Below, one piece after another: positions 17,142-25,899 of a stretch of DNA of 64,000 nucleotides (its first letter is position 1; each line of letters starts with the position of its first letter). The translations under genes and the position numbers were made by a program. Location: contig JAGVWE010000005.1 of assembly GCA_018304425.1 (NCBI GenBank), positions 32,001-96,000 of the forward strand. The letters run 5' to 3'. The notes below the pieces were generated by a model. That model saw only the letters and a program-made list of their open reading frames with translations. It was not told the origin of the DNA and did not search any database. The stretch is from Candidatus Iainarchaeum sp. GTDB taxonomy: Archaea; Iainarchaeota; Iainarchaeia; Iainarchaeales; UBA10219.

Positions 17142-18100
17142 AGGTGTTAAAGGGTCGCAAACCCTCGTTAAAGCCCTTGAAGGGCAAAACCATTGCCGTC
17201 ATCGGCTTTGGCCCGCAAGGCCGCGTGCAAGCCGAGTTGCTCAAGCGCCAGGGGTTCAAAGTCATCGTGGGCCTGCGCAGGGGAAAGTCTTGGAAGGAAG
17301 CCGAAAAAGCCAGGCACCAGGTGATGACCATCACCGCAGCCACGCTCGCAGCGGACCTCCTCCTGGTGCTGGTCGCGGATACCGCGCACCGGGAAGTCCT
17401 GGACAAGCACATCGTTCCCTTCCTGCGGCCAGGCCAGACCGTGGTCTTCGCGCAAGGTTATTCGGTGGCGTTCAACGAGGTACATCTGCCCTGGTTCGTG
17501 GATGTCATCCTCCTCGCGCCGGGAGTCCCCGCCAAGGAGATGCTGGTGCCGACGGGGAAAGCATTGAGCGCAAGGGCATCGGTTGGCATCGGCAACAATT
17601 TTTCGGGGAAGGCCTCGCAGACTGCGAAGGCCTTGTGCGAAGCCCTGGGCTTCCCACGCCGGAACCTGTTGTGGTCGAGCTTCCGCGAGGAAGGCATCAC
17701 GGACTTGTTCTCCGAGCAGGGACCCATCGTCGGCGGCCTGATAGAGCTCATGAAAGCCAGCTTTGAGACGCTGGTGAATGCAGGGTATTCCCCGGAAGTC
17801 GCCTACTCTTGTTGCGTTCTAGAACCCTATTACGTGGCGCGCTTGGTTCACGAGCAGGGCATCCATGGCATGCTCTCGCGCGTGAGCGAGACCGCCAAGT
17901 ACGGAGCCCTGACGGTTGGCCCCAAAATCATCGGCCGGGAAGTGCGACGGGAGATGCGGAAGGCCTTGAAACGCATCGAGTCCGGGGAGTTCATGGGGGA
18001 ACTCCAGCGGAACCGCTTCAAGTTGCCCGAGCTCCTGGACCGGGAAGCCCGGTCGGAAATCGAGAAAACCCGGCGAAAACTCGTTTCGGGCAAGGCGTAG
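17138..18100 (+). CDS. ilvC: Ketol-acid reductoisomerase-like protein (divergent IlvC)
   Basis: 'IAVIGFGPQG', 'DLFSEQ', 'GYSPEVAY', 'SETAKYG'; TTG start coupled to upstream stop. Confidence 0.8.
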   Translation: MKVLKGRKPSLKPLKGKTIAVIGFGPQGRVQAELLKRQGFKVIVGLRRGKSWKEAEKARHQVMTITAATLAADLLLVLVADTAHREVLDKHIVPFLRPGQTVVFAQGYSVAFNEVHLPWFVDVILLAPGVPAKEMLVPTGKALSARASVGIGNNFSGKASQTAKALCEALGFPRRNLLWSSFREEGITDLFSEQGPIVGGLIELMKASFETLVNAGYSPEVAYSCCVLEPYYVARLVHEQGIHGMLSRVSETAKYGALTVGPKIIGREVRREMRKALKRIESGEFMGELQRNRFKLPELLDREARSEIEKTRRKLVSGKA

Positions 18101-18142
18101 CTTTTTAACCCTTTTTTGCCCCAAATGGGTTTGCGGGAAACC

Positions 18143-18799
18143 ATGAAAATCTTCTTGGATACGGCCAACGTCGAGCAAATACGCAAGGCCGTGGAATGGG
18201 GCATCCTGGATGGAGTTACCACCAACCCAACCCTCATCGCCAAAGAAGGCCGGGATTTCAGGCAAGTCATCCAGGAAATCTGCTCGATTTGCAAGGGGGA
18301 CATCAGCGCCGAAGTCGTGAGCACGGACGCCGCCGGCATGATTAAGGAGGGCCTGGAATACAGCAAGTACGCCAAGAACGTGGTCATCAAGTGCCCGATG
18401 ACCGCGGAGGGCTTGAAGGCCACCAAGGCCTTGGCCGACAAGGGCATCAAGGTGAACGTGACGCTTGTTTTTTCCGCTAACCAGGCTTTGCTGGCGGCAA
18501 AAGCCGGGGCAACCTATGTCAGCCCCTTCGTGGGTCGCTTGGATGACGCGGGCCAGGACGGCATGGAACTGGTTGGGGAAATCTGCCAGATTTTCCGGAA
18601 TTACGGTTTCAAGACCCAGGTGCTGGCTGCGAGCATCCGGCACCCGATGCACGTCGTGCAGGCCGCGAAATTGGGCGCGCACGTGGCCACGCTGCCCTTC
18701 GAGGTCCTCGAGAAGATGCTTCGCCATCCGTTGACGGACAAGGGGCTGAAGGCTTTCCTCGACGACTGGGAAAAGTTCAAGCACTTGCCCAGGAAATGA
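18143..18799 (+). CDS. tal: Transaldolase (short TalC/FSA fold)
   Basis: 'MKIFLDTAN', 'GVTTNP'; Glu in 'SAEV' and Phe in 'SPFVGR' are the transaldolase-type residues. Confidence 0.92.
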   Translation: MKIFLDTANVEQIRKAVEWGILDGVTTNPTLIAKEGRDFRQVIQEICSICKGDISAEVVSTDAAGMIKEGLEYSKYAKNVVIKCPMTAEGLKATKALADKGIKVNVTLVFSANQALLAAKAGATYVSPFVGRLDDAGQDGMELVGEICQIFRNYGFKTQVLAASIRHPMHVVQAAKLGAHVATLPFEVLEKMLRHPLTDKGLKAFLDDWEKFKHLPRK

Positions 18800-18828
18800 T
18801 TGTGCTTATCATAGGGATTCGTGGTCAC

Positions 18829-19668
18829 ATGAGTGAAACGCGCGTGCAGCTAATCGAGCGGCTCAAGAAGATTGCCCACCGCATGCGCGTGCACATCCTG
18901 AACATGACTTACTGGGCCAACTCCGGGCACCCCGGAGGCAGCATGTCGGCAACGGACATCGTGGCCACGCTTTACTTCCACCAGATGAAGCACGACCCCC
19001 AGAACCCAAAATGGGCTGACCGCGACCGCTTCGTCTTGAGCAAGGGCCACTGCACGCCCGTGCTCTACGCGGCCCTGGCCGAGGCAGGGTACATCCCGGT
19101 CGAAGAGCTTAAAACCTTCCGGCAGGTCAATTCAAGGCTGCAGGGGCATCCCAACCTCTTGAAATGCCCGGGAGTCGAGGCCAGCACGGGAACCCTTGGA
19201 CAGGGCCTGTCCATGGCCGTGGGCATGGCATTGGCCGCCAAACTCGACCAAAAGCCTTGGAGGGTGTACTGCATGCTGGGCGACGGCGAGAGCCAGGAGG
19301 GACAGATTTGGGAGGCCGCCATGTCGGCCGCGCACTACAAGCTGGACAACCTCGTGGCCATCCTGGACTGGAACAAGTTCCAGATTGATGGAGCCGTCGA
19401 AAACGTCATGAATATCATGCCCATGCTGGACAAGTTCAAGGCCTTCGGCTGGAACGTGGCCGAAATCGATGGACACGATTACAACCAAATACTGGACGTG
19501 CTCGAGAAAGCCGAATCCAGCGGCCAGCGGCCTTTCTTCATCCAGGCCAACACCTCGAAGGGAAAAGGGGTTTCGTTCACGCAGGACAAGGGAGACTATC
19601 ACGGGCGCGCGCTCACCAAGGAAGAGATGCAGCGCGCCATGACCGAGTTGGGTGAGAAATTTGGGTAG
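18829..19668 (+). CDS. Transketolase, N-terminal (ThDP-binding) subunit
   Basis: 'SGHPGGSMS', 'RDRFVLSKGH', 'GDGESQEG', 'KGKGVSF'. Confidence 0.95.
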   Translation: MSETRVQLIERLKKIAHRMRVHILNMTYWANSGHPGGSMSATDIVATLYFHQMKHDPQNPKWADRDRFVLSKGHCTPVLYAALAEAGYIPVEELKTFRQVNSRLQGHPNLLKCPGVEASTGTLGQGLSMAVGMALAAKLDQKPWRVYCMLGDGESQEGQIWEAAMSAAHYKLDNLVAILDWNKFQIDGAVENVMNIMPMLDKFKAFGWNVAEIDGHDYNQILDVLEKAESSGQRPFFIQANTSKGKGVSFTQDKGDYHGRALTKEEMQRAMTELGEKFG

Positions 19669-20659
19669 CCTCGAACAGCCGAAGCCGGTTGGCCCCCTGA
19701 AAGTGGGTGACGCCAAAGCCATGCGCGACGCGTACGGCGAGACCCTCGTTGCGCTCGGCGCGAAAGACAAAAACGTGGTCGTCCTTGATGCCGACCTCTC
19801 CGGTTCCACCAAGACAGGGCTGTTCGCCAAGAAGTTCCCCGACCGTTTCTTCAACTTCGGCATTGCCGAGCAAAACATGTTGGGCGCGGCCACGGGCCTG
19901 GCGTTGAGCGGCAAAACCGTGTTTGCTTCCACTTTCGCCATGTTTGCCACGACCCGGGCCTTGGACCAGTTCCGCAATGCCTTGGCTTTTTCCAAGGCCA
20001 ACGTGAAAGTCGTGGTAACGCATGCCGGCCTGATGACCGGGCCGGATGGCGCCAGCCACCAGAGCCTCGAAGACCTGGCCGTGGCGCGCACCCTGCCGAA
20101 CCTGACCGTCATCGCGCCCGCGGACGCGGTCGAGACCAGCCAAGTCATCGAGCTCGCGGCGCGGGAAAGGGGACCGTTCTACGTGCGATTAGTGCGGGAG
20201 AAAACGCCGCTCCTCTACGATGAAAAATATCGGTTCAAGCTCGGCAAAGCCAGCGTCCTCCAAGACGGAAGAGATTTGATGGTGTTCGCGATTGGCCCCA
20301 TGGTGGCCGAGGCGTTAAAGGCACGCGGGTTGTTGAAGGCCCAGGGGTTTGACATCGGAGTGGTAAACACCGCGTCCATCAAACCGTTTGACGCGCAAAC
20401 CGTGGTCAAGTACGCGAAACGCGATGGCTTCCTGTTCACGGTCGAAGACCACTCGGTGTTGGGCGGGCTGGGCTCGGTGGTGTGCGAAGTGCTGGCAAGA
20501 GAACAACCGGCCTATGTTTACCGGCATGGCACCCATGACCTTTTCGGCGAGTCCGGGGAATCCAAGCCCCTTTACAAGAAATATGAGTTGGACGCGGAAG
20601 GCATTGCCTTGCACGTCAAGAAGGCACTGACATACAAGCAGAAGGTCTTGCGTAGATGA
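19661..20659 (+). CDS. Transketolase, C-terminal subunit
   Basis: 'DADLSGST', 'GIAEQNM', 'GPDGASHQ', 'VEDH...GGLG'; GGTGA SD before TTG. Confidence 0.95.
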   Translation: MGSLEQPKPVGPLKVGDAKAMRDAYGETLVALGAKDKNVVVLDADLSGSTKTGLFAKKFPDRFFNFGIAEQNMLGAATGLALSGKTVFASTFAMFATTRALDQFRNALAFSKANVKVVVTHAGLMTGPDGASHQSLEDLAVARTLPNLTVIAPADAVETSQVIELAARERGPFYVRLVREKTPLLYDEKYRFKLGKASVLQDGRDLMVFAIGPMVAEALKARGLLKAQGFDIGVVNTASIKPFDAQTVVKYAKRDGFLFTVEDHSVLGGLGSVVCEVLAREQPAYVYRHGTHDLFGESGESKPLYKKYELDAEGIALHVKKALTYKQKVLRR

Positions 20660-21294
20660 AGCTGATTCTGGCCCGGCACGGGCAAACCCAGTGGAACCGG
20701 GAGAAGCGGTTGCAGGGAAGAAGGGACTCGCCCCTCACCTCCGTGGGCCAAAGCCAGGCCCGCCTCCTGGCCAGGCTGGCGGTCCGGGAAAAACCCATTG
20801 CAGTGGTTTCAAGCGACTTGCAGCGCGCGGTTTCAACGGCTTCCCTGGCAACCAAGCAGCTGGGCGTGAAGCTATTGAAGAAGCATGCCTTGCGGGAGAT
20901 TGGCTATGGCAGGCTCGAGGGCCTGGCCCTCGCGGAAATAGAGGAATCCTTTCCCGGGGTGTGGCCCCGGCGCCAAAAAGACCGGTTTCGCTTCCGGGTG
21001 CCGGGCGGGGAAAACTACGTGGACGTTGCCCAGCGCTTGAAGCCCTTCTGTTCCTGGCTGGCGAACCGGTTTGGCGATGAAACGGTTTTGGTGGTCGGGC
21101 ACGGGAACACGAACCGCGTGCTCATGGGCTTGCTGCTGCGTTACCCTCATCGGAAGTGGCTGGACATCCATCAACCCAATTACGTCGTCTACTTCCTGGA
21201 AGTGAAAAACGGGAGAGTCAGGCGCTTGGAGCACCTCACCCTGGGCCACCACCGAAAGCAGGCCGGGTTGTACAAGGTGAAGTGGTGGCAATGA
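20656..21294 (+). CDS. Histidine phosphatase family protein
   Basis: 'LARHGQT.WN', 'SSDLQRA', 'PGGE', 'VVGHG'. Confidence 0.9.
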   Translation: MKLILARHGQTQWNREKRLQGRRDSPLTSVGQSQARLLARLAVREKPIAVVSSDLQRAVSTASLATKQLGVKLLKKHALREIGYGRLEGLALAEIEESFPGVWPRRQKDRFRFRVPGGENYVDVAQRLKPFCSWLANRFGDETVLVVGHGNTNRVLMGLLLRYPHRKWLDIHQPNYVVYFLEVKNGRVRRLEHLTLGHHRKQAGLYKVKWWQ

Positions 21295-21995
21295 CGGAAA
21301 AGCCCAGACCAGTGGATGACGCGGAACGGCAGTTGCTGCAGTGGATGAACGGCTTGGAGGGATTTCTCAGCAGCACCGATGCCCTCACCCTCTACCGGAC
21401 GGCCAAGGCCCTGCCGGCAGGCGCAACCATCGTTGAAATCGGTTCGTTCAAGGGCAAGTCCACGGTTTGCCTGGCCCTGGGCTTGAAGGCAGCTGGAAAC
21501 GCTTCGGCCCGCGTGTATGCCGTGGACCCCTTTGAAGGCAAGGGCAGTGGCATCGACGTTCCCCCCACCTTTGAGGCATTCCAGCAAAACGTGAAAGCCT
21601 CGGGCGTGGAGCCCTGGGTGGTGCCCCAGCGGATGACTTCCGAGGCAGCGGCTGGCCAATGGACTAAACCCATTCACTTGCTGTGGATTGATGCCTTGCA
21701 CGAGTACCCGTTTGCCGTGCAAGACCTCCGGCTGTGGAAGCCCTTCCTGGTCGCGGGCGGCAAGCTGTTGATGGATGACTTGTTCGAGGGCTGGAACGAA
21801 GGCGTGTGCCGCGCCTTCAAAGAGGAAGTCGTTTTTTCACGCGAATTCGACGAGGTCAGCTTGAGCCATTGCCTGGGGCAAGCCACCAAGCAAGGGTGCA
21901 GCTGGCCAACCCTGGTGCTCCGGTCGGTTTACTGGTTTGCCTGGATTACCCGCAAGCGGTGGAGGCGCGCCCTGCCTGCCTGGCTGGGCCGTTGA
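21291..21995 (+). CDS. Class I SAM-dependent methyltransferase (Methyltransf_24-like)
   Basis: 'IVEIGSFKGKST', 'AVDPF', 'LLWIDALHEY'. Confidence 0.85.
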   Translation: MTEKPRPVDDAERQLLQWMNGLEGFLSSTDALTLYRTAKALPAGATIVEIGSFKGKSTVCLALGLKAAGNASARVYAVDPFEGKGSGIDVPPTFEAFQQNVKASGVEPWVVPQRMTSEAAAGQWTKPIHLLWIDALHEYPFAVQDLRLWKPFLVAGGKLLMDDLFEGWNEGVCRAFKEEVVFSREFDEVSLSHCLGQATKQGCSWPTLVLRSVYWFAWITRKRWRRALPAWLGR

Positions 21996-22001
21996 AATGG
22001 G

Positions 22002-22009
22002 TTTTTATA
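22002..22009 (+). promoter_or_regulatory. TATA box of tRNA-Trp
   Basis: TTTTTATA ending 28 nt before the tRNA. Confidence 0.55.
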
Positions 22010-22037
22010 CCCTGCCCCAATCATATACTATCCGCTT

Positions 22038-22110
22038 GGGGTCATAGCATAACCCGGCAGTGCGACCGGCTCCAGACCGGTTGATGGGGGTTCAAATCCC
22101 TCTGACCCCA
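22038..22110 (+). tRNA. tRNA-Trp(CCA), intronless
   Basis: Acceptor GGGGTCA/TGACCCC; anticodon arm ACCGG-CTCCAGA-CCGGT; T loop TTCAAAT; CCA end not encoded. Confidence 0.95.
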
Positions 22111-22151
22111 CTCGAAAACCTTTATTAACCAGTTAATCGTTGGGTAATAGC

Positions 22152-22505
22152 ATGGCACCGGATATCATCAAGTGCGAGTTGTGTGGCCGGCCGGCCAGCG
22201 CCTTGCCCAAAATCCAGTACTGGCGGGCCGATGACAATAGCATCATCTGCGACCACTGCCATGAACGCGTGGCCAAGCAGATCGGGAACGAGGGCAAGGA
22301 AGTCATCCAGGAAGCCGAAGCCCCTGAAGCCCCCTACACCGGCGACAAATTCGATTACAAGGTTGCGGCGTTTTCCTCGGAAGAGGACTTGAAGGCGCTG
22401 GGCCGCAGGGGCTGGAAACTGGTTTCCGCCGTGGCCCAACCCGGCAGCCTGCTGGGCAAGGGCGGCCCCGAAATCAAGTTGTTCCTGCGGAAAAAACTCA
22501 AGTGA
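22152..22505 (+). CDS. Zinc-finger protein with DUF4177-like C-terminus
   Basis: CELC...CDHC; 'DYKV...L..LG..GWKLVS.....LFLRK'. Confidence 0.6.
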   Translation: MAPDIIKCELCGRPASALPKIQYWRADDNSIICDHCHERVAKQIGNEGKEVIQEAEAPEAPYTGDKFDYKVAAFSSEEDLKALGRRGWKLVSAVAQPGSLLGKGGPEIKLFLRKKLK

Positions 22506-22696
22506 TGGTTATGACGTGGAAGAAAGCGGCGAAAGTGAGTTCGATTGCGACCGTGGTGTCGCTGGTCGTTAGCCTGGGTTTCGACTACGGGTATGCGCGG
22601 ACCCTCGACATCAACGAGGCCATCCTGCGTTCCATCGTGTTCTGTATCGCCTTTGGCGGCGTCTACTGGATGCTCGAAAAAAAGTCCAAGCTGTGA
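22505..22696 (+). CDS. Small two-TM membrane protein
   Basis: Translationally coupled (TGATG); two hydrophobic segments. Confidence 0.6.
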   Translation: MVMTWKKAAKVSSIATVVSLVVSLGFDYGYARTLDINEAILRSIVFCIAFGGVYWMLEKKSKL

Positions 22697-22700
22697 ACGC

Positions 22701-23825
22701 ATGGCCTACGCGGAATTCCGGTTGCCCACCCAAACGGTTTTCGGGCGCGGCTGCTTCAAGCAGTTAGGCGAACAAGTCACGCGCTTCAATCCCAGGCGCG
22801 TCCTGGTGGTCACGGGCCGCAAGGCCATGCAACGAACCGGCAAACTGTTCGACGCCGTGCAGCAGCTGCGCAAATTCCATCCGGTGGTCTTCGAGGGCGT
22901 GGAAGAAAACCCCTCCATTGAAACCGTGGACGAGTGCGCGCACCTTGCCCGGGAATGCAAGGCCGACTTGGTGATAGGCTTGGGCGGCGGCAGCCCCCTG
23001 GACGTCGCAAAAGCCGCGGCCATCCTGGCCACGCACACGGGCAGCGTCCTCGATTACCTGGATGGCCGAAGGCCGTTAAAGCGGTCGGGCCTGCCCTTCA
23101 TCGCGGTTCCGACCACGGCTGGCACGGGCAGCGAGGCCACGAAGGCAGCCGTGATTACTGACCGCTGCGCGCGCGTCAAGAAAGTCCTGAAAAGCGATTG
23201 GATGTTTCCCTCAGTCGCGCTCGTCGACCCCTTGCTCACCGTGAGCTGCCCCAAGTTCGTTACGGCCGCGGCAGGCTTTGACGCGTTTACGCACGCCCTC
23301 GAAGGTTACGTCTGCCTGAAAGCCACGAAGTTGACCGATGCCATCAACGAACGCGCCATGGAACTCGTGTGGGACAACCTCTCGCGGGCCTGGCGCCGGC
23401 CACGGGATTTTGTGGCACGGGAGGCCGTGATGTTGGGTGCGAACCTGGCCGGCATGACGATTGCTTCGACGGGAGTGGGCGCCTGCCATGCCGTTGCCCA
23501 CTCGATTGGCGGCAAGTTCAACGTCTCCCACGGCGAGACCAACGCGCTCCTCTTGCCGCACGTCGTGGACTACAATCTGGGCGCGGCGCGGAAAAAGTAT
23601 GCGGTTGTCGCCGAGTTGGTGGGGGGAAAGCACGCAAACGACTTGCCGCGCCTCATCGGCCGGGCAACGAAAAAGACTGGCTTGCGCGCGCACCTGTCCG
23701 AGCTGGGCGTGGCCCAAACCGACTTGGCGGCCATCGCCCGCGACAGCTTCCGGGGCAGCATGGCAGTAAACCCACGGAAGGCCACGCGGGCAGGGATTGT
23801 ACGCATGCTTAAAGGTGCCCTATAA
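22701..23825 (+). CDS. Iron-containing alcohol dehydrogenase
   Basis: 'GLGGGSPLDVAK', 'PTTAGTGSE', 'DAFTHALEGY', 'H..AH', 'HG'. Confidence 0.93.
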   Translation: MAYAEFRLPTQTVFGRGCFKQLGEQVTRFNPRRVLVVTGRKAMQRTGKLFDAVQQLRKFHPVVFEGVEENPSIETVDECAHLARECKADLVIGLGGGSPLDVAKAAAILATHTGSVLDYLDGRRPLKRSGLPFIAVPTTAGTGSEATKAAVITDRCARVKKVLKSDWMFPSVALVDPLLTVSCPKFVTAAAGFDAFTHALEGYVCLKATKLTDAINERAMELVWDNLSRAWRRPRDFVAREAVMLGANLAGMTIASTGVGACHAVAHSIGGKFNVSHGETNALLLPHVVDYNLGAARKKYAVVAELVGGKHANDLPRLIGRATKKTGLRAHLSELGVAQTDLAAIARDSFRGSMAVNPRKATRAGIVRMLKGAL

Positions 23826-24268
23826 TGGCTAAGCACAGTCCTTACAAGCCGTTCGTCATTAGCACCAATCACGCGGAAGAACAAGTGCAGGCAATCGGGC
23901 AAAGGGGCTCGTTGAGTGTCGGCCTTGAGACCTCTGCTGCGGCCGTTGGTTCACTGGATGGTTCCATCGGGAACCTGCAATTCAGGCGTTTTTGGGCTGA
24001 ACTGGCTCGGGGTCTGGAAGCGCGTGGCATCCGGGTCCACTACCTGGTTCCGGATTCGCTGGACCGGAAAATGACTCGATGGCGGGCAAGTGAAGCACGT
24101 GCCGCAACAAGGAAGGGGTCTATTCGAGAACACCCAGTTCCCAAATTGTCAACGGCCGAAGCACGAAATCTTTCGCGGCAAATTGCTGGTGTGCGCCGCT
24201 TCCGCCGGGCACAAAAAGTTAAGAAAATCGGGGGCCGGATAGCCAGGACCCTGCGTCGGTGGCTTTGA
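23825..24268 (+). CDS. Hypothetical basic protein
   Basis: TAATG coupling to ADH; Arg/Lys-rich amphipathic C-terminus. Confidence 0.5.
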   Translation: MAKHSPYKPFVISTNHAEEQVQAIGQRGSLSVGLETSAAAVGSLDGSIGNLQFRRFWAELARGLEARGIRVHYLVPDSLDRKMTRWRASEARAATRKGSIREHPVPKLSTAEARNLSRQIAGVRRFRRAQKVKKIGGRIARTLRRWL

Positions 24269-24272
24269 GCGT

Positions 24273-25703
24273 TTAAGCCACTTTCCGCCACTTCACGCCG
24301 TCCCTGGTGTCGTCCAGTTCGATGCCCAGGGCGCGGAGCTTGGCGCGGAACTCGTCGGACTTCTTGAAGTCCTTGGCCTTGCGGGCGGCCTCGCGTTCGT
24401 CGAGGAGCTTCTTGGCTTCGGCGGGTAACTCGGCCTTGGCGCGCTCGAACGAAAAACAGTTGAACACCTGGTTTATTTCCCGCAGGAAGTCCAGCAAGGC
24501 CTTGGCGTCCTTTTCCGACAACGCGGTCTCGGCTGTCGCCTCGGCTGCTGCCTCGGCTGCTGCCTCGGCCAACAGCTTGTTGGCTTCGCTGACGAAGTTG
24601 AACAAGGTCGCGAACGCGTTCGGAGTGTTGAAGTCCGCGTCCATGTGCTCGGTGAAGGCGGTCCGGGTCTCATTCACCAGGTGGAGGGCTGCAGGGTGGT
24701 CCTTGCCTCCCTTGACTTCTTGGAGGGCCTCGATGAGGCGGTTGAATTTTTCCAGGCCAGCCTTGGCCTGGGCCATGGCGTCCTCGCTGAAGTCGATGCG
24801 GGAACGGTAGTGCACGTTGGCGATGAAGAAGCGGAAAACCTTGGGGTCGTACCTGGCTAGGAGTTCGGGGATGGTGATGTAGTTGCCCAAACTCTTGGAC
24901 ATCTTCTCGCCTTTCACGTTCAAAAAGCCGGTGTGCAGCCAGTACTTGACGAAGGGGGCTTTGCCGAAGGCGGCCTCGCTTTGCGCGATTTCGTTCTCGT
25001 GGTGGGGGAAAATCAGGTCAATGGCCCCGCCGTGGATGTCCAGTTGCTCGCCCAGGTGCTTGCGCGCCATGACACTGCATTCAATGTGCCAGCCCGGCCT
25101 TCCCTGGCCCCAGGGGCTCTCCCAGGAGGGCTCCCCGGGCTTGGCCTTCTTCCACAACGCGAAGTCCGTGACGTTTTCCTTCTCGTACTTGTCGGTTTCC
25201 ACGCGCGTGCCGGTGACGCGCTTGTCCAGCTTGATGCCGGAGAGCCGGCCATAGCCCTTGAATCTGGTCACGGAATAGTAGACGCCGTCTTCGGTCTCGT
25301 AGGCGAACCCGTTTTTTTCCAGGGCCTGGATGGTGTCAATGATTTCCTTGATGTGTTCGGTGACACGCGGGTTTTCGTTCGCGGGCTTGATGCCGAGCGC
25401 GTCCATGTCCTTGAAGAAGAGCTTGATGTTTTTTTCGGCGAGCTCGAAAATCGTTATTCCCTGCTCGTTGGCGCGCTTGATCATGTCGTCGTGGACGTCG
25501 GTGAGGTTGACGACGTAACGCACCTTGTAACCGGAATATTCCAGGTAGCGGCGGATGACGTCGAAGGCCGTGTAGGTGCGCGCGTGACCGATGTGCCCGG
25601 GCCCGTACACCGTGGGGCCGCAGACGTACATGCGAACTTCCCGGTCCTTCAAGGGCTTGAAGTCCTCCAACTGCTTGGACAAGGTGTTCTGGACGCGAAG
25701 CAT
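24273..25703 (-). CDS. cysS: Cysteine--tRNA ligase
   Basis: 'YVCGPTVY', HIGH, 'GRPGWHIECS', 'FPHHENE', KMSKS. Confidence 0.98.
   Translation of the reverse strand: MLRVQNTLSKQLEDFKPLKDREVRMYVCGPTVYGPGHIGHARTYTAFDVIRRYLEYSGYKVRYVVNLTDVHDDMIKRANEQGITIFELAEKNIKLFFKDMDALGIKPANENPRVTEHIKEIIDTIQALEKNGFAYETEDGVYYSVTRFKGYGRLSGIKLDKRVTGTRVETDKYEKENVTDFALWKKAKPGEPSWESPWGQGRPGWHIECSVMARKHLGEQLDIHGGAIDLIFPHHENEIAQSEAAFGKAPFVKYWLHTGFLNVKGEKMSKSLGNYITIPELLARYDPKVFRFFIANVHYRSRIDFSEDAMAQAKAGLEKFNRLIEALQEVKGGKDHPAALHLVNETRTAFTEHMDADFNTPNAFATLFNFVSEANKLLAEAAAEAAAEATAETALSEKDAKALLDFLREINQVFNCFSFERAKAELPAEAKKLLDEREAARKAKDFKKSDEFRAKLRALGIELDDTRDGVKWRKVA
24529..24570. repeat. 12-bp in-frame tandem repeat within cysS (AEAA units)
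   Basis: TCGGCTGTCGCC, TCGGCTGCTGCC x2, partial TCGGCC. Confidence 0.85.
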
Positions 25704-25849
25704 GGAATCCACGCAATTATAGAGAAACAGGTTAATAAGGGTTAACGGGGGCAGGGAAGCCCTGTTTGCCGGTATCTATAGCCTTTTAAGGAATAAGGGG
25801 TCACTAGGTGGATATGCAAGAATCCCGTAACGCATCCCTTTCCTTTCCG

Positions 25850-25897
25850 AGAAGGGATTTACTTTGCCTCTCCCATTAGAAGGGATTTAGTTTGTCT
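25850..25897. promoter_or_regulatory. 20-bp direct repeat AGAAGGGATTTASTTTGYCT x2, candidate operator
   Basis: Copies at 25850-25869 and 25878-25897 (18/20 identical), directly before a wHTH gene. Confidence 0.55.
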
Positions 25898-25899
25898 AC

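Noticed and set aside
25850-25897. Direct repeat as a mini CRISPR array
   Set aside because: Only two 20-bp copies with an 8-bp gap; no cas genes
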